The notes: generated from the sequence alone by a model not told the origin. Counted from the stretch's first letter, positions 38,884-49,072 are shown. The stretch is 64,000 bases of DNA from Deltaproteobacteria bacterium (GCA_052390235.1 JBQTHB010000008.1:1-64000), one strand, 5' to 3'. Made by a program: numbers and translations.

Positions 38884-40028
38884 TTCGCGCCTCCGTGATT
38901 GTGGCGGTGGTGATTTTCCAGAGCATCCGGCGCAGGCGCGGGTGCGCTCTTCTCCGGCATCTTATGCAACTGCATCCCCTCATGACTGCCGCCATCCGGT
39001 TTTTTCATATCGCCGCCAGAATCTTGCGATGCAAGCACATCAGCGACTGAAGGGGGGCGCGCTCCGATGCCATGATGTGCGCCGTGTCCCCCAGATTTTT
39101 CATGGTATCCGGCGAATTTGTCTGAGCCTTTGTGGCTTTTATTGAGATAAATTGGCAGGATTTTGATTATTGCCCCGCGCTTTGCCTCAAGCGTTGGGTA
39201 GATGTCGGGGCGGCTTAGAATGTCATCAAAGTTGTCGTGGAGCATATGGAGGTTGTCAAATATCGCCGCCGCCTCAGGATAGCGCGCTGAAAATTCGGGG
39301 GCGACTTCAGCGAACATCGGCATAAATTGCCACTCAGTCGGGGGGTTTTTGAGGTACTCGTGGTATTGCGCGATAATCTTGGGCAGGAGTTGGCGATGGG
39401 CCTCGGCGCCGCCCGAAAGCTGTACATCCGCTATAGCCGCCTGAAGCCAGTGGTAAGCCCAAATCTGGGAGTTGAATTTAGGAAACTTATCCCGGAATGA
39501 TTTTGACTCAGGGAAACTCCAGAGCGCGCCGTGATGGTCTAGGCGGACGGGGGTTATGGCTTCGGGCATCGAGAGATAGTCGGCGATAATCCTCCGGTAC
39601 GCCGCGTCTTTATCCGCTACGGCATCGCTTGCAAAAAGGTCGTAGAGGCTTCTGTGAAGCACGTGCGCCCAGTCAAATGCGCGCTGAACCTCCCAAGCCA
39701 TCCGTGTATATGTCGGAGCTATTTGCGCTTCGTCAGGGGCTACGGGAGGCGATGAGAGAATGAAATCCAGCACCTCAAGGCGCGCCTTCTCAACTTTTTC
39801 CGCGTCCTGGGTCTCGATGAGGGTTTCGGCTACGTGGGCATGGCCGAAGTCAATTCCATTAAGCTCGCGGGCAAGCTCCGGATGCTCCTTTGATAAAGCC
39901 CAATTCCACGCCCCCCGAAGGTGAAATCTGTGGTCGCGGGAAACCCAATCCCCCGCAAGGGCGGGAATTGTTAAAATTAGAGTCAACGAAAACAGCGCGG
40001 AAAACCACAGTTTGCTTGGCTTGTACAT
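38880..40028 (-). CDS. Exported His-rich alpha-helical protein of unknown function
   Basis: Signal peptide ending ALA; GHAH, AHVLH, YHWLQ, NLHMLHD motifs; His/Met-rich tail; AGGAG SD. Confidence 0.8.
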   Translation of the reverse strand: MYKPSKLWFSALFSLTLILTIPALAGDWVSRDHRFHLRGAWNWALSKEHPELARELNGIDFGHAHVAETLIETQDAEKVEKARLEVLDFILSSPPVAPDEAQIAPTYTRMAWEVQRAFDWAHVLHRSLYDLFASDAVADKDAAYRRIIADYLSMPEAITPVRLDHHGALWSFPESKSFRDKFPKFNSQIWAYHWLQAAIADVQLSGGAEAHRQLLPKIIAQYHEYLKNPPTEWQFMPMFAEVAPEFSARYPEAAAIFDNLHMLHDNFDDILSRPDIYPTLEAKRGAIIKILPIYLNKSHKGSDKFAGYHEKSGGHGAHHGIGARPPSVADVLASQDSGGDMKKPDGGSHEGMQLHKMPEKSAPAPAPDALENHHRHNHGGAK

Positions 40029-40127
40029 GATTGCTCTCCTATTTAATTTGATTGAAATGTGAAAATACGCCCCTCAAGCGCCCGATGTCGGCGGCGAGGT
40101 CAATCAATTACCAAAAAAAGGGGAGAA

Positions 40128-40517
40128 TCAAATTAGAAGGGACGAGTGTTGGATGAATAAATCGGGCGGGCGATGATTTATATCCCCCGCGAAATTGACG
40201 AAGAATCCGTAGCCAAAATTCAGCGCCGGAGGCTCGGGTAGAGAGTAAAGCGCGTACAGCAGGGGCTGGAAATCGGCAGATGCCCTCGCCCCTACGAGCG
40301 CCAGAGCGCAGCATAAAACCGATTCATGAGCAGGGCCGGCGGCGAGCTTGCTATTGGAATCCTCGCAGTGGACTCCGGGGTGATTGTCTGTCTCGTGATG
40401 ATGAGAGTGATGAGACGCTAATCCCGCGCCGGAATGATGGGACGGCGACGCCTGCGCGCCGTAGCACAGAAACAGAGCCAGAGCTATAATGAAAATCGCG
40501 CTTTTATTGGTCATCAT
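40128..40517 (-). CDS. Small exported His/Cys-rich protein with C-terminal RPP motif (DUF2946-like candidate)
   Basis: Signal peptide (AQA), SHHSHHHE, HC and CC, HRPPDLFIQHSSLLI end. Confidence 0.7.
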   Translation of the reverse strand: MMTNKSAIFIIALALFLCYGAQASPSHHSGAGLASHHSHHHETDNHPGVHCEDSNSKLAAGPAHESVLCCALALVGARASADFQPLLYALYSLPEPPALNFGYGFFVNFAGDINHRPPDLFIQHSSLLI

Positions 40518-40559
40518 CTCACTCTAAAGCTAGCATCGGATATGTTGAAAATCAAGGGA

Positions 40560-41309
40560 TTAGTTCTTTGCTTCTAGCTCGGATATACGCTTTTTCACCG
40601 GCTCAATGTAGGAGACTAGCTGAGGCTCTACGTGCTTGATGAACTGCTTATACGCCTCTATCGCATCGGCGTTTTTGCCGGACTTCTCGGCGGATACGGC
40701 TCTATTAAAATACGCGGCGGCAAGATGCGGGTTAATCTCTACGGCTTTAGCGTAGTCGGCAATGGCGTCTTCATAAAACCCTCTGTCTTGGTATATGAGA
40801 CCGCGGTTGTTGTAGGTTTCGGCGAGCCTCGGATTGAGTTCCAGCGCGCGGGTGTAGTCCAGAAGGGCGTCGTCAAACCTGCCTCTATCCTGATAAACGA
40901 GACCTCGATTGCTGTAGGCTTCGGCAAATTCAGGGCTGATTTCGATGGCTCTGCCGTAGTCTGCAAGGGCATCGTCGAGCTGTCCCCGGCGGTAGCGTAT
41001 ATTGCCGCGGCTGTTGTATGCCCCTGAGATGCGCGGGTTTATTTCGATGGCTCTGTCGAGGTCTGCGAGGGCTTGGTCGAGTTCGTTTTTCTTTCTGTAC
41101 GCCTCCCCCCGGTTTGAATATGCCTCGGCGTTTCGCGGGTCTATCAGTATGACCGAGTTGAACTCCGATATGGCGCGGCTCCACATCCCGCCTCGCATGA
41201 AATCAAGCCCCCTGTTGAAAGGCGGCATAATATCCTCAGCCGACGCGCCGGCGCGCATCAACCCGAACAAGACTAAAGCAATAACAAATCTCAATAATGT
41301 CATACTCAT
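40560..41309 (-). CDS. Exported tetratricopeptide-repeat protein
   Basis: Signal peptide; repeated AYSNRG...A.AD..RAIEINP 34-aa units; GGAGGTG SD. Confidence 0.92.
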   Translation of the reverse strand: MSMTLLRFVIALVLFGLMRAGASAEDIMPPFNRGLDFMRGGMWSRAISEFNSVILIDPRNAEAYSNRGEAYRKKNELDQALADLDRAIEINPRISGAYNSRGNIRYRRGQLDDALADYGRAIEISPEFAEAYSNRGLVYQDRGRFDDALLDYTRALELNPRLAETYNNRGLIYQDRGFYEDAIADYAKAVEINPHLAAAYFNRAVSAEKSGKNADAIEAYKQFIKHVEPQLVSYIEPVKKRISELEAKN

Positions 41310-41434
41310 TACACCTCCTCAGCAATGCCCCTGACGCCCCCTCTTTTTATAATACGCTTTTTTAGTCGGCTTGCCAATACTCTATATTTTAGATACCATT
41401 TTCCGGTGAACTTCGAGGGAGGGCGGATAATTTC

Positions 41435-42679
41435 ATGAACAATTTAGCCACAATAGACCCGGAAATAGCCGAGGCTATTAGACACGAAATCGAGCGGCAG
41501 GAGTGGAAGCTGGAGCTTATAGCATCGGAGAACTACGTGAGCGATGCCGTGCTGGAGGCGCTGGGGTCGGTGCTTACGAATAAATACGCCGAGGGGCTTC
41601 CGGGAAAGCGTTACTACGGCGGGTGCGAGTACGTTGACGTGGCAGAGACGCTGGCCATCGAGAGGGCGAAAAAGCTCTTTGGAGCGGACGCCGCAAACGT
41701 TCAGCCTCATTCGGGGGCGCAGGCGAATATGGCGGTTTATTTCTCCGCGCTGAAGCCCGGCGACACTATTCTGGGTATGAATCTCGCTCACGGCGGGCAT
41801 CTAACGCATGGCAGTCCTGTAAATTTCTCAGGGGCGCTCTACAATATCGTTCCCTACGGCGTCAGAGAGGACACGAGTCTCATTGACTACGACCAGGTGC
41901 GGGAACTTGCCCTGGCGCACCGCCCAAAGCTGATTGTCGTTGGATGGAGCGCGTACCCCCGGAAAATTGACTTCGGGCGATTCCGCGAGATAGCCGATGA
42001 GTGCGGGGCGCTTCTAATGGCGGATATTGCGCATCCGGCGGGATTAGTCGTCGCAGGGCTTTATCCGACGCCGATTCCCCACTGCGATTTCGTTACGACT
42101 ACCACTCACAAGACCCTCAGGGGGCCGCGCGGCGGCATGATAATGATGAAAAAAGAGCATGAAAAATCCGTCAATAGCAAGGTGTTTCCCGGCACTCAGG
42201 GCGGCCCGCTTATGCACGTGATTGCGGCAAAAGCCGTGGCGTTCCGCGAGGCGCTTGAGCCGGAATTTGCGGATTATCAGAGCCAAATCCTGAAAAATGC
42301 GAGAGTACTCGGCGAGTCCCTCATGGAGCGCGGGTTTAAACTCGTCTCCGGCGGCACGGACAATCACCTGGTTCTCGTTGACCTGCGGAACACGGAAATC
42401 ACCGGGAAAATGGCAGAAGAGACCCTCGGCAGAGCCGGAATCACGGTGAATAAAAACGCAATTCCCTTTGACCCGAAGCCCCCTGCAGTCTCAAGCGGCG
42501 TTAGGATTGGCACGCCGGCGGTTACAACGCGCGGGATGAAAGAAGCCCAGATGCAGACCATCGCCGGATACATTTTTGATGCGCTCAGAAGCGCGGGCGA
42601 CGAAGAGGCGTTGTGCGCAATAAAGGACAAGGTGAAGGAGCTTTGCTTGGCTTTTCCAATTTACGGGCATAAGCTGTGA
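41435..42679 (+). CDS. glyA: Serine hydroxymethyltransferase
   Basis: [35 protein letters not shown]. Confidence 0.98.
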   Translation: MNNLATIDPEIAEAIRHEIERQEWKLELIASENYVSDAVLEALGSVLTNKYAEGLPGKRYYGGCEYVDVAETLAIERAKKLFGADAANVQPHSGAQANMAVYFSALKPGDTILGMNLAHGGHLTHGSPVNFSGALYNIVPYGVREDTSLIDYDQVRELALAHRPKLIVVGWSAYPRKIDFGRFREIADECGALLMADIAHPAGLVVAGLYPTPIPHCDFVTTTTHKTLRGPRGGMIMMKKEHEKSVNSKVFPGTQGGPLMHVIAAKAVAFREALEPEFADYQSQILKNARVLGESLMERGFKLVSGGTDNHLVLVDLRNTEITGKMAEETLGRAGITVNKNAIPFDPKPPAVSSGVRIGTPAVTTRGMKEAQMQTIAGYIFDALRSAGDEEALCAIKDKVKELCLAFPIYGHKL

Positions 42680-42806
42680 AAAAACTGCGGTGAAACCACC
42701 CGTTTTATTGGGAGACGCCCATTAGCGCAAATTGTTTTTTTATCTTGACCTTGGGTTTATTTATGAAATTCTCGGCTACACGAATCATTTCACTATTGAG
42801 AATTAA

Positions 42807-43337
42807 ATGAAATGCCCCTTCTGCTCGCATCAAAACGATAGAGTGATTGACTCGCGCATCGGCAGGGATGGTCTGTCCATCAGGCGGCGTAGGGAGTGCC
42901 TTGAGTGCGGAAGACGATTTACGACCTACGAGCGCGTGGAGGAGGTTGACCTTCTCATCATCAAAAAAGACGGCAGACGCGAGCAATTTGTAAGGGGCAA
43001 AATAGTCGAGGGGATGCTCAAAGCCTGCGAGAAGAGACCGATAAGCGTCAACGTGATTCAGGATTTCGTATCGGAACTTGAGCGAGAGTTTCAGGAAAGG
43101 GGCGAGAGAGAGGTCGAGAGCAGGGAAATAGGCGAGCGCGTAATAAAGAAACTCTACGAGCTGGACGAGGTCGCCTATGTGAGATTCGCCTCGGTCTATC
43201 GTTCGTTTAAAGACGTAAACCAGTTCATGGAAGAACTCAAAGAACTGCTCAAGGATAAAGAATCCGCAAAGCAGAATGAAACCCCAGAACAGAAACCACT
43301 CCATCTCGAACTAATCAAGGACAAATCCGGCGAATAA
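42807..43337 (+). CDS. nrdR: Transcriptional repressor NrdR
   Basis: [27 protein letters not shown]-cone, [10 protein letters not shown]. Confidence 0.97.
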   Translation: MKCPFCSHQNDRVIDSRIGRDGLSIRRRRECLECGRRFTTYERVEEVDLLIIKKDGRREQFVRGKIVEGMLKACEKRPISVNVIQDFVSELEREFQERGEREVESREIGERVIKKLYELDEVAYVRFASVYRSFKDVNQFMEELKELLKDKESAKQNETPEQKPLHLELIKDKSGE

Positions 43338-43341
43338 GCAG

Positions 43342-44130
43342 ATGCTCACAGACTCGCACGCGCACCTCGAAATGCTGGACGGCGTATCGGAAATCATCGG
43401 CAGGGCAAAAGACGCCGGAGTCGGCAGGATTATCTCCATTTCGTCAAATGTGGAGTCATCGGAGCGGACTGTGCGTATTGCCGAGGAATTCGCCGAAGTC
43501 CTCGCCTCAGTCGGCATTCACCCTCACGAGGCGGCTACGTTCTCCGAGGGGGCTTTGGCGAGGCTGGAGAGCCTGGCGGAATCCCCAAAAGTAGTGGCTA
43601 TCGGCGAGAGCGGACTTGATTATCACCATATGTCATCGCCGAAAGAGGCGCAGATTCTCTCATTTAGAAATCATATCGCCCTTGCCAAGCGGCGAGACCT
43701 CGCCCTAGTCGTCCACGCGAGGGACTCAGGAAACGGCGACGCCCACGGAGAAGCGCAGAGAATCCTAGCCGAAGAGAATATCCGCGGAATGAGGGTGGTG
43801 ATTCACTGCTTCACGGCAGACCTTCAGGCAGCGGAGCGTTACATCGAGCTTGGATGCTACATATCTTTCTCCGGCATTATCACGTTCAAAAACGCGGAGG
43901 AAATCCGGCAGGCGGCGGCTCAAGCCCCGATGGACAGAATCCTCATCGAGACCGACTCGCCGTACCTAGCCCCAATCCCCTACAGAGGGAAGAGGAACGA
44001 ACCTGCCTTTGTGCAGTATGTGGCGGGGGCAATCGCCCAGATACGCGGGATTTCCCTTGATGAGGTGTCGCGGCTGACAACTGCTAACGCCGAGAGGTTC
44101 TTCGCTATTGGCGCGGACAGAAGTGGCTAG
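43342..44130 (+). CDS. tatD: TatD-family DNase
   Basis: DSHAHL, GIHPH, IGESGLDY, IHCFT, IETDSPYLAP. Confidence 0.93.
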   Translation: MLTDSHAHLEMLDGVSEIIGRAKDAGVGRIISISSNVESSERTVRIAEEFAEVLASVGIHPHEAATFSEGALARLESLAESPKVVAIGESGLDYHHMSSPKEAQILSFRNHIALAKRRDLALVVHARDSGNGDAHGEAQRILAEENIRGMRVVIHCFTADLQAAERYIELGCYISFSGIITFKNAEEIRQAAAQAPMDRILIETDSPYLAPIPYRGKRNEPAFVQYVAGAIAQIRGISLDEVSRLTTANAERFFAIGADRSG

Positions 44131-44163
44131 TGGCTAGAGAGATTATCCCGAATGCGTGGCAGG

Positions 44164-44228
44164 TGTCATTTCAAGCTGTCCATAGCTTCTAACATGAATA
44201 GAGGTGTTTCGCTTCGTTCAACATGACA
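44164..44228. repeat. Degenerate REP-like palindromic element (TGTCAT...ATGACA type)
   Basis: Ends TGTCAT/ATGACA; minus strand reads TGTCATGTTGAACGAAGCGAAACACCT; related fragments near 4198-4210 and 53015-53027. Confidence 0.5.
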
Positions 44229-44328
44229 GCGGAAAATACTTTCACCAGTGATTAGCCCAGCCGCGCGCGCGATGAGCCGCTCATCTATATGTAGCCTCCG
44301 CGCGCTTTCGGGCAGTGTCCCACGATAA

Positions 44329-45303
44329 ATGGCGGAGAAAACGATGAAACCGAGAATTGGAATCACTATGGGCGACCCGAACGGCATCGGGGCGGAGATT
44401 ATTGCCAAAGCCCTATGTTGCTCGGAGCTTCAAGAACTCGCCGAGTTCATCGTATTCGGCAATGAAGAGATAATTAAAGCGGCGGCAATACTCGTCGGAA
44501 TGCGCGGGGAATTCAAAATCGCGGAGACGGGAGATTTCGGCATCGGCGACCTGCGCCCCGGAATAGCCGAGAAATCCGCTGGACGAGCAAGCCTCGGTTA
44601 TATCGAAGGAGCGGTCAAATCCGCTATGGAGGGGAAACTTGACGCCATCGTTACCGCCCCCATCGCTAAAGAGGCGACGCACCTTGCAGGCTCGAAATTC
44701 CCCGGACATACGGAGATGCTCCAGAGCTTGACCGGGGCTAAAGACGCGCGCATGATGTTCGACGGGGGCGCGTTTCGAGTGGCGCTTCAGACAATTCACA
44801 CGGCGCTCGCAGAGGTTCCAGCGCTCATAAACGAGGCAGAAATCCTACGAACAATAGAGATTGTAAACGACGCCCTCATAAGCCAATTCGGTATCGTGAA
44901 TCCGAAAATCGTCGTCTGCGGGCTAAATCCCCATGCAGGAGAAGTAGGCGCGTTTGGGCGGGAGGAGATTGTCCATATCATACCGGCAATCCAGAGCGCG
45001 AGACGAGGCGGGATTGATGTTTCAGGGCCCCTTCCAGCCGACACGCTCTTCTATTATGCCGCAAAAGGCAGGTGGGATATGGTCATCGCCATGTATCACG
45101 ACCAGGGGCTCGTGCCGTTTAAGATGCTCTCATTCGACGACGGGGTGAATGTAACCCTTGGGCTTCCCATTATTCGCACGTCCCCCGACCATGGGACGGC
45201 TTACGACATCGCTTGGAGGGGAGAGGCAAACCCCTCTAGCATGGCGGCGGCTGTGAAATTAGCGGTCAGACTCGCCCGCTCCAAAACCGCCTCTAGGGTC
45301 TAA
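44329..45303 (+). CDS. pdxA: 4-hydroxythreonine-4-phosphate dehydrogenase
   Basis: ITMGDPNGIG.E, GHTEML, GLNPHAGE, AMYHDQGL, RTSPDHGTA. Confidence 0.95.
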   Translation: MAEKTMKPRIGITMGDPNGIGAEIIAKALCCSELQELAEFIVFGNEEIIKAAAILVGMRGEFKIAETGDFGIGDLRPGIAEKSAGRASLGYIEGAVKSAMEGKLDAIVTAPIAKEATHLAGSKFPGHTEMLQSLTGAKDARMMFDGGAFRVALQTIHTALAEVPALINEAEILRTIEIVNDALISQFGIVNPKIVVCGLNPHAGEVGAFGREEIVHIIPAIQSARRGGIDVSGPLPADTLFYYAAKGRWDMVIAMYHDQGLVPFKMLSFDDGVNVTLGLPIIRTSPDHGTAYDIAWRGEANPSSMAAAVKLAVRLARSKTASRV

Positions 45304-45376
45304 CTGGCGAGGTAGGGCATACAAATTTGGCAAACCGGCCACTAATTTTCCTCAGGAATCTTCCACCCTCACGGCG

Positions 45377-46129
45377 TCAATTAGCAGTCTGCGGCGATTT
45401 GCAGAGCGCGGGCAGTATTTCGCCCGATTTTCCGATAACGGTCATATCGTAGAGTTGGGAGTTAATAGTCGGCTCGGTGTTGATTTCGATTACCGTCTTG
45501 CCGCTCTGCTTAGCCACTATGCCCATTGAAGCGGCGGGTTGCACTACGCCCGATGTGCCAATGATTAGCATCACATCGCAGTCCTCCATGGCAAAGAGCG
45601 CTTTATCAATCACCGCCATGGGAATCATCTCGCCGTACCAGACGATGTTCGGGCGCATGACCGCGCCGCAGGCTCTGCACACGGGCGGTATTTCCTTGAT
45701 AGGCACGTCGTAGTTTTCATCGGACTGTGTGCAGTTGGTGCATCTGGTCTGCCAGATATTTCCGTGCATCTCGATGACGTTGCGGCTTCCGGCTAGTCGG
45801 TGAAGCCCGTCAATGTTTTGCGTGATGAGGGTGAACTTGGATTTTTCTCTCTCTAAATCTACCACGGCGAAGTGTCCGGGGTTGGGTTTTGCGGCTTTCA
45901 TCAGCGTGCGCCTCCAGTCGTACCACTCCCAGACGAGTTTTGGGTCTCGGTAGAAGGCGTCGGGGGTTGCGAGGTCTTCGGCTCGGAAGTTGCGCCAAAG
46001 CCCGCCGTCGCCCCTGAACGTGGGGACTCCGCTCTCAGCCGAGACGCCCGCGCCGGACAGAACGACCACTTTAGACGCCCTCTCGACGATTCGCTTAGCT
46101 TTTAGGATTTTATCTTCTGTACTGTCCAT
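45377..46129 (-). CDS. cobB: NAD-dependent protein deacylase (class III sirtuin)
   Basis: GAGVSAESGVPTFRG, VWEWY.WRR, TQNIDGLH, two CxxC, GTSGVVQPAA. Confidence 0.93.
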   Translation of the reverse strand: MDSTEDKILKAKRIVERASKVVVLSGAGVSAESGVPTFRGDGGLWRNFRAEDLATPDAFYRDPKLVWEWYDWRRTLMKAAKPNPGHFAVVDLEREKSKFTLITQNIDGLHRLAGSRNVIEMHGNIWQTRCTNCTQSDENYDVPIKEIPPVCRACGAVMRPNIVWYGEMIPMAVIDKALFAMEDCDVMLIIGTSGVVQPAASMGIVAKQSGKTVIEINTEPTINSQLYDMTVIGKSGEILPALCKSPQTAN

Positions 46130-46195
46130 TTCACCGCCCTGCCAAATATTTAGGTTAAATCTACCCCTCAACACAAATTTTAACAATAATGACAA

Positions 46196-47131
46196 TTAAA
46201 CGTCGAGCTTTTTTATTTGCCACGGCGCAATATCCACCGATTTATTTTCATCTCCGCTATCAATTCCCCCCTCGGCGTCCTTATTTTTGATGGACTTAAC
46301 ACCGCTCAGCGCCTCGGATGCCGGTATGTCGGCGAGGGTTTCATCGTAGAGGTCAAACCAAGGAAACCCGTAATTAGTGTAAGTTTTGGCGCTTATCGGC
46401 GTTGGCGGAAGACTCATTCCGGTTATCTCCAGGTAGCGGGCGCTGTTGATTATATATATAGCCGCGGTGGAGAAATTCGCCCTGTCCCAGGAGCGAGCGC
46501 CGTATTTATCGGGGTAAATTTTCTGCTTTATCCGCCCTCCTGCCCCAAGCCCCATCGCGGAGCCGCCCGCCGGAGCGCGCATAAAAAGGCGCTCATGCGA
46601 TATTTCGCCCCTCGGAGGCTCATCGGGGAATCTGCCGGGCTTCGGCTCATAGACCTTTATTTGTATCCCTCCGAGAGTCTCTGAGCCCGTGATTTGCCCC
46701 TCGACTGTATAGCCCATCCCAAGCGGCATAGCGACGAACTGCCTCACGCCCCCGTTTTCGCTTTTAATTCCGTCAATCCAGGGCTGGTCTGGGGCTACCA
46801 GATAATTTTGAGGTTTAGATATAAGCCCCTTATCATCCCGCGGCTTGCCCGTTAAGATATTTACCCCGCCTATGGCTATTATAACCGCGTTCGGCTTCCA
46901 GCGCCGCCCCTCAAATGCGAGCCACAGGGCTTCTCTCTGATACATGGAAATAAAGTGCGCGCCCTCGCTAATCCATTCGTCGGGGACCCGCCCCGCAAAA
47001 TCCGCCGCGCTCATTATCGGAAATTCCCCCAACCCCGGCGGGAGCGGATAAACCCTTCCGTCGTCCGGTATTCTCAAAGTGCGCTGGAACGATACGCTAA
47101 ACGCCTCGCCTATATGAATACGCGCTTCCAT
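46196..47131 (-). CDS. Conserved-looking hypothetical protein
   Basis: Long ORF in operon with cobB; motifs FQRTLRIPDD.YPLPPGLG.FP, MYQREALW, QPWIDG, FVAMPLG.GYTVEGQ, YGFPWF.LYDE. Confidence 0.75.
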   Translation of the reverse strand: MEARIHIGEAFSVSFQRTLRIPDDGRVYPLPPGLGEFPIMSAADFAGRVPDEWISEGAHFISMYQREALWLAFEGRRWKPNAVIIAIGGVNILTGKPRDDKGLISKPQNYLVAPDQPWIDGIKSENGGVRQFVAMPLGMGYTVEGQITGSETLGGIQIKVYEPKPGRFPDEPPRGEISHERLFMRAPAGGSAMGLGAGGRIKQKIYPDKYGARSWDRANFSTAAIYIINSARYLEITGMSLPPTPISAKTYTNYGFPWFDLYDETLADIPASEALSGVKSIKNKDAEGGIDSGDENKSVDIAPWQIKKLDV

Positions 47132-47179
47132 GGGGGTTCTCACCTCTTCTCTGCTCAGATAACATTCAACGCCGCCGAG

Positions 47180-48223
47180 TTAGCCCCTTAAGAGCTTATC
47201 CGCCCCGCCGAGTTCCCTAACCCACACCGCGAGTTTATCCAAACCCTCGGCGAGACCCACAACGGGCTCGTAGCCCAAATCCTGCCGGGCGCGCTCGATG
47301 CTGTAGGTGCGGCTTCCGGCAATGGCGGCGGCGGCAAATCTGGTGAGGAAAGGGGGCTTATCGGATTTCCTGAGCCGCGCCACCGACTCAAGCGCGGAGG
47401 CGAGGGCGTAGGCGACGCGGTAGGGAACGGATTTTGTGGGAGTCCAACTCATACCAGCGGCGCCGAGCTGTTTTTGTATAAATTCAAGGTGATTTATCGT
47501 CATACCGTCGTTTATGAAATAGGTGTTTCCCGCCGCCTTAGGTGTCTGTGCGGCTAGGACGAGTCCGCAGACGAGATTGTCAACGTGGCATGGGGAGACG
47601 ACGCCGCGTCCATCGCCGATTCTAAAGGCGACGTTTTTCTTGGCGATATTGATGATGCGCGGGAGAATTACGACGTCCCCCGCCCCCCAGACCCCCGACG
47701 CCCTGACGATAACGGTTTCAAGCCCGTGTTCGCGGCAGAAGCGATTTACTGCTCTCTCGGCTTGCGCCTTAGTTTCGTTGTAATAATCGCCGTAGCTGGG
47801 TGGATAGGGATAGCTCTCGTCAATGTTCATCATGTTATGGACGCTCCAGAAATCGGATTTCCACAGCACGCTCGAGGTACTAATATAGACGAATCTGCGG
47901 ACTCCCGCATCCACTGCCGCCTGAAGCAATTTCTCCGTAGCCTCGACATTTATCTTCCAAAACTCCTCGCGCCGCCCCCAATCGGAGACAAACGCCGCAA
48001 TGTGATATAAGACATCTGCGCCGCCTTTGACGAGTTCGCCGAGGGATGCGCAGTCCGAGAGGTCTCCCCTGCAAAGCTCGACGCCTAATTTGCCAAGCCC
48101 GTCCACGTTGCTCGACCCCCTCACAAGGGATTTCACACCATAGCCCTTTGCGACCAGGGCGGCGGCTAATTTCCCCCCTATAAACCCAGAGCCTCCGGTT
48201 ACAATCGCCCTCATTTCAATCAC
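47180..48223 (-). CDS. Extended SDR (3-beta-HSD/NAD-dependent epimerase family)
   Basis: VTGGSGFIG, HIAA, YNETK (YxxxK), VWGAGD, ARQDLGY.P. Confidence 0.88.
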   Translation of the reverse strand: MIEMRAIVTGGSGFIGGKLAAALVAKGYGVKSLVRGSSNVDGLGKLGVELCRGDLSDCASLGELVKGGADVLYHIAAFVSDWGRREEFWKINVEATEKLLQAAVDAGVRRFVYISTSSVLWKSDFWSVHNMMNIDESYPYPPSYGDYYNETKAQAERAVNRFCREHGLETVIVRASGVWGAGDVVILPRIINIAKKNVAFRIGDGRGVVSPCHVDNLVCGLVLAAQTPKAAGNTYFINDGMTINHLEFIQKQLGAAGMSWTPTKSVPYRVAYALASALESVARLRKSDKPPFLTRFAAAAIAGSRTYSIERARQDLGYEPVVGLAEGLDKLAVWVRELGGADKLLRG

Positions 48224-48297
48224 CCCATTGGACAGCTATAATTGAACTATTATACCCACTTGGCAATAAATCAATTTGGGAGGCGCGAAAACTAGGG

Positions 48298-48657
48298 ATG
48301 ATAGCTTATGAGATTTATAAAGTAATTCACATACTCGCGGTAATTTCGCTTTTTCTCTCGCTCGGCGGATACGCGATTCTCTCGATTACGAAATCAACCG
48401 CGGGAAAAGGGCTCGTCGGCAGGACTCACGGGATAGCCGTGTTGCTGATACTCGTAGCGGGGTTTGGGCTTGTGGCGAGGCTCGGAGCGCAGATGCTCTC
48501 TCTGTGGATTTTAACGAAGCTAGGGGTGTTGGTTGCCCTTGCGATGATGCCGGTGTTTATTAGAAGAAACCCTGAGCGCGCCCCTGCGCTTTGGCTGATA
48601 ACAATTGCCTTGGGGGGACTTGCCATTTATATGGCGGTATATAAGGTGAATTTCTAG
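48298..48657 (+). CDS. Small 4-TM membrane protein
   Basis: Four hydrophobic helices, YKVIH and HG motifs; GGGAGG upstream. Confidence 0.7.
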   Translation: MIAYEIYKVIHILAVISLFLSLGGYAILSITKSTAGKGLVGRTHGIAVLLILVAGFGLVARLGAQMLSLWILTKLGVLVALAMMPVFIRRNPERAPALWLITIALGGLAIYMAVYKVNF

Positions 48658-49044
48658 CTATGCCCCAATGACGCCAATTGCGTCTTTTGCCGCCGCGATA
48701 ATTGCCTTGGGGTTTCCGGTGAGCGCGGCGCCGGCAAGACCCGCGAGAGCCGAGGCTACGGCGAGTGCTTTTTTGACGTTGGCGAGGGTTTTGAGGGTTT
48801 TCACCGCAATTTTGCTTGCCTTCTGTAGCCCCTCGGCGGCTTCGGAAAGCTCCTGGGATGTGCCGTGAATTGACATCGCTCCCAGTTTGGCGGATTGACC
48901 TAGAAGCTCTCCCGCGGCGCCGGAGACTGCCGCAAATTCCTCGTCAGAAAGTTGATTTTCTGCCGCAAAGCGGCTCAACTCTCTTGCCGCGCTCTGAATG
49001 GCTCTTCTCGTTGCTCTTAATTGGTTAGGGGTTAGATTAGGCAT
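48658..49044 (-). CDS. Hypothetical Ala-rich helical protein with hydrophobic C-terminal hairpin
   Basis: GAGGAG SD; last gene of co-directional cassette; ALAVASALAGLAGAALTGNP. Confidence 0.72.
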   Translation of the reverse strand: MPNLTPNQLRATRRAIQSAARELSRFAAENQLSDEEFAAVSGAAGELLGQSAKLGAMSIHGTSQELSEAAEGLQKASKIAVKTLKTLANVKKALAVASALAGLAGAALTGNPKAIIAAAKDAIGVIGA

Positions 49045-49072
49045 TGGACCTCACTCCTCCTCGTAAGACGTT

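Noticed and set aside
40600..41200. ~102-nt periodicity
   Set aside because: Explained by 34-aa TPR repeats
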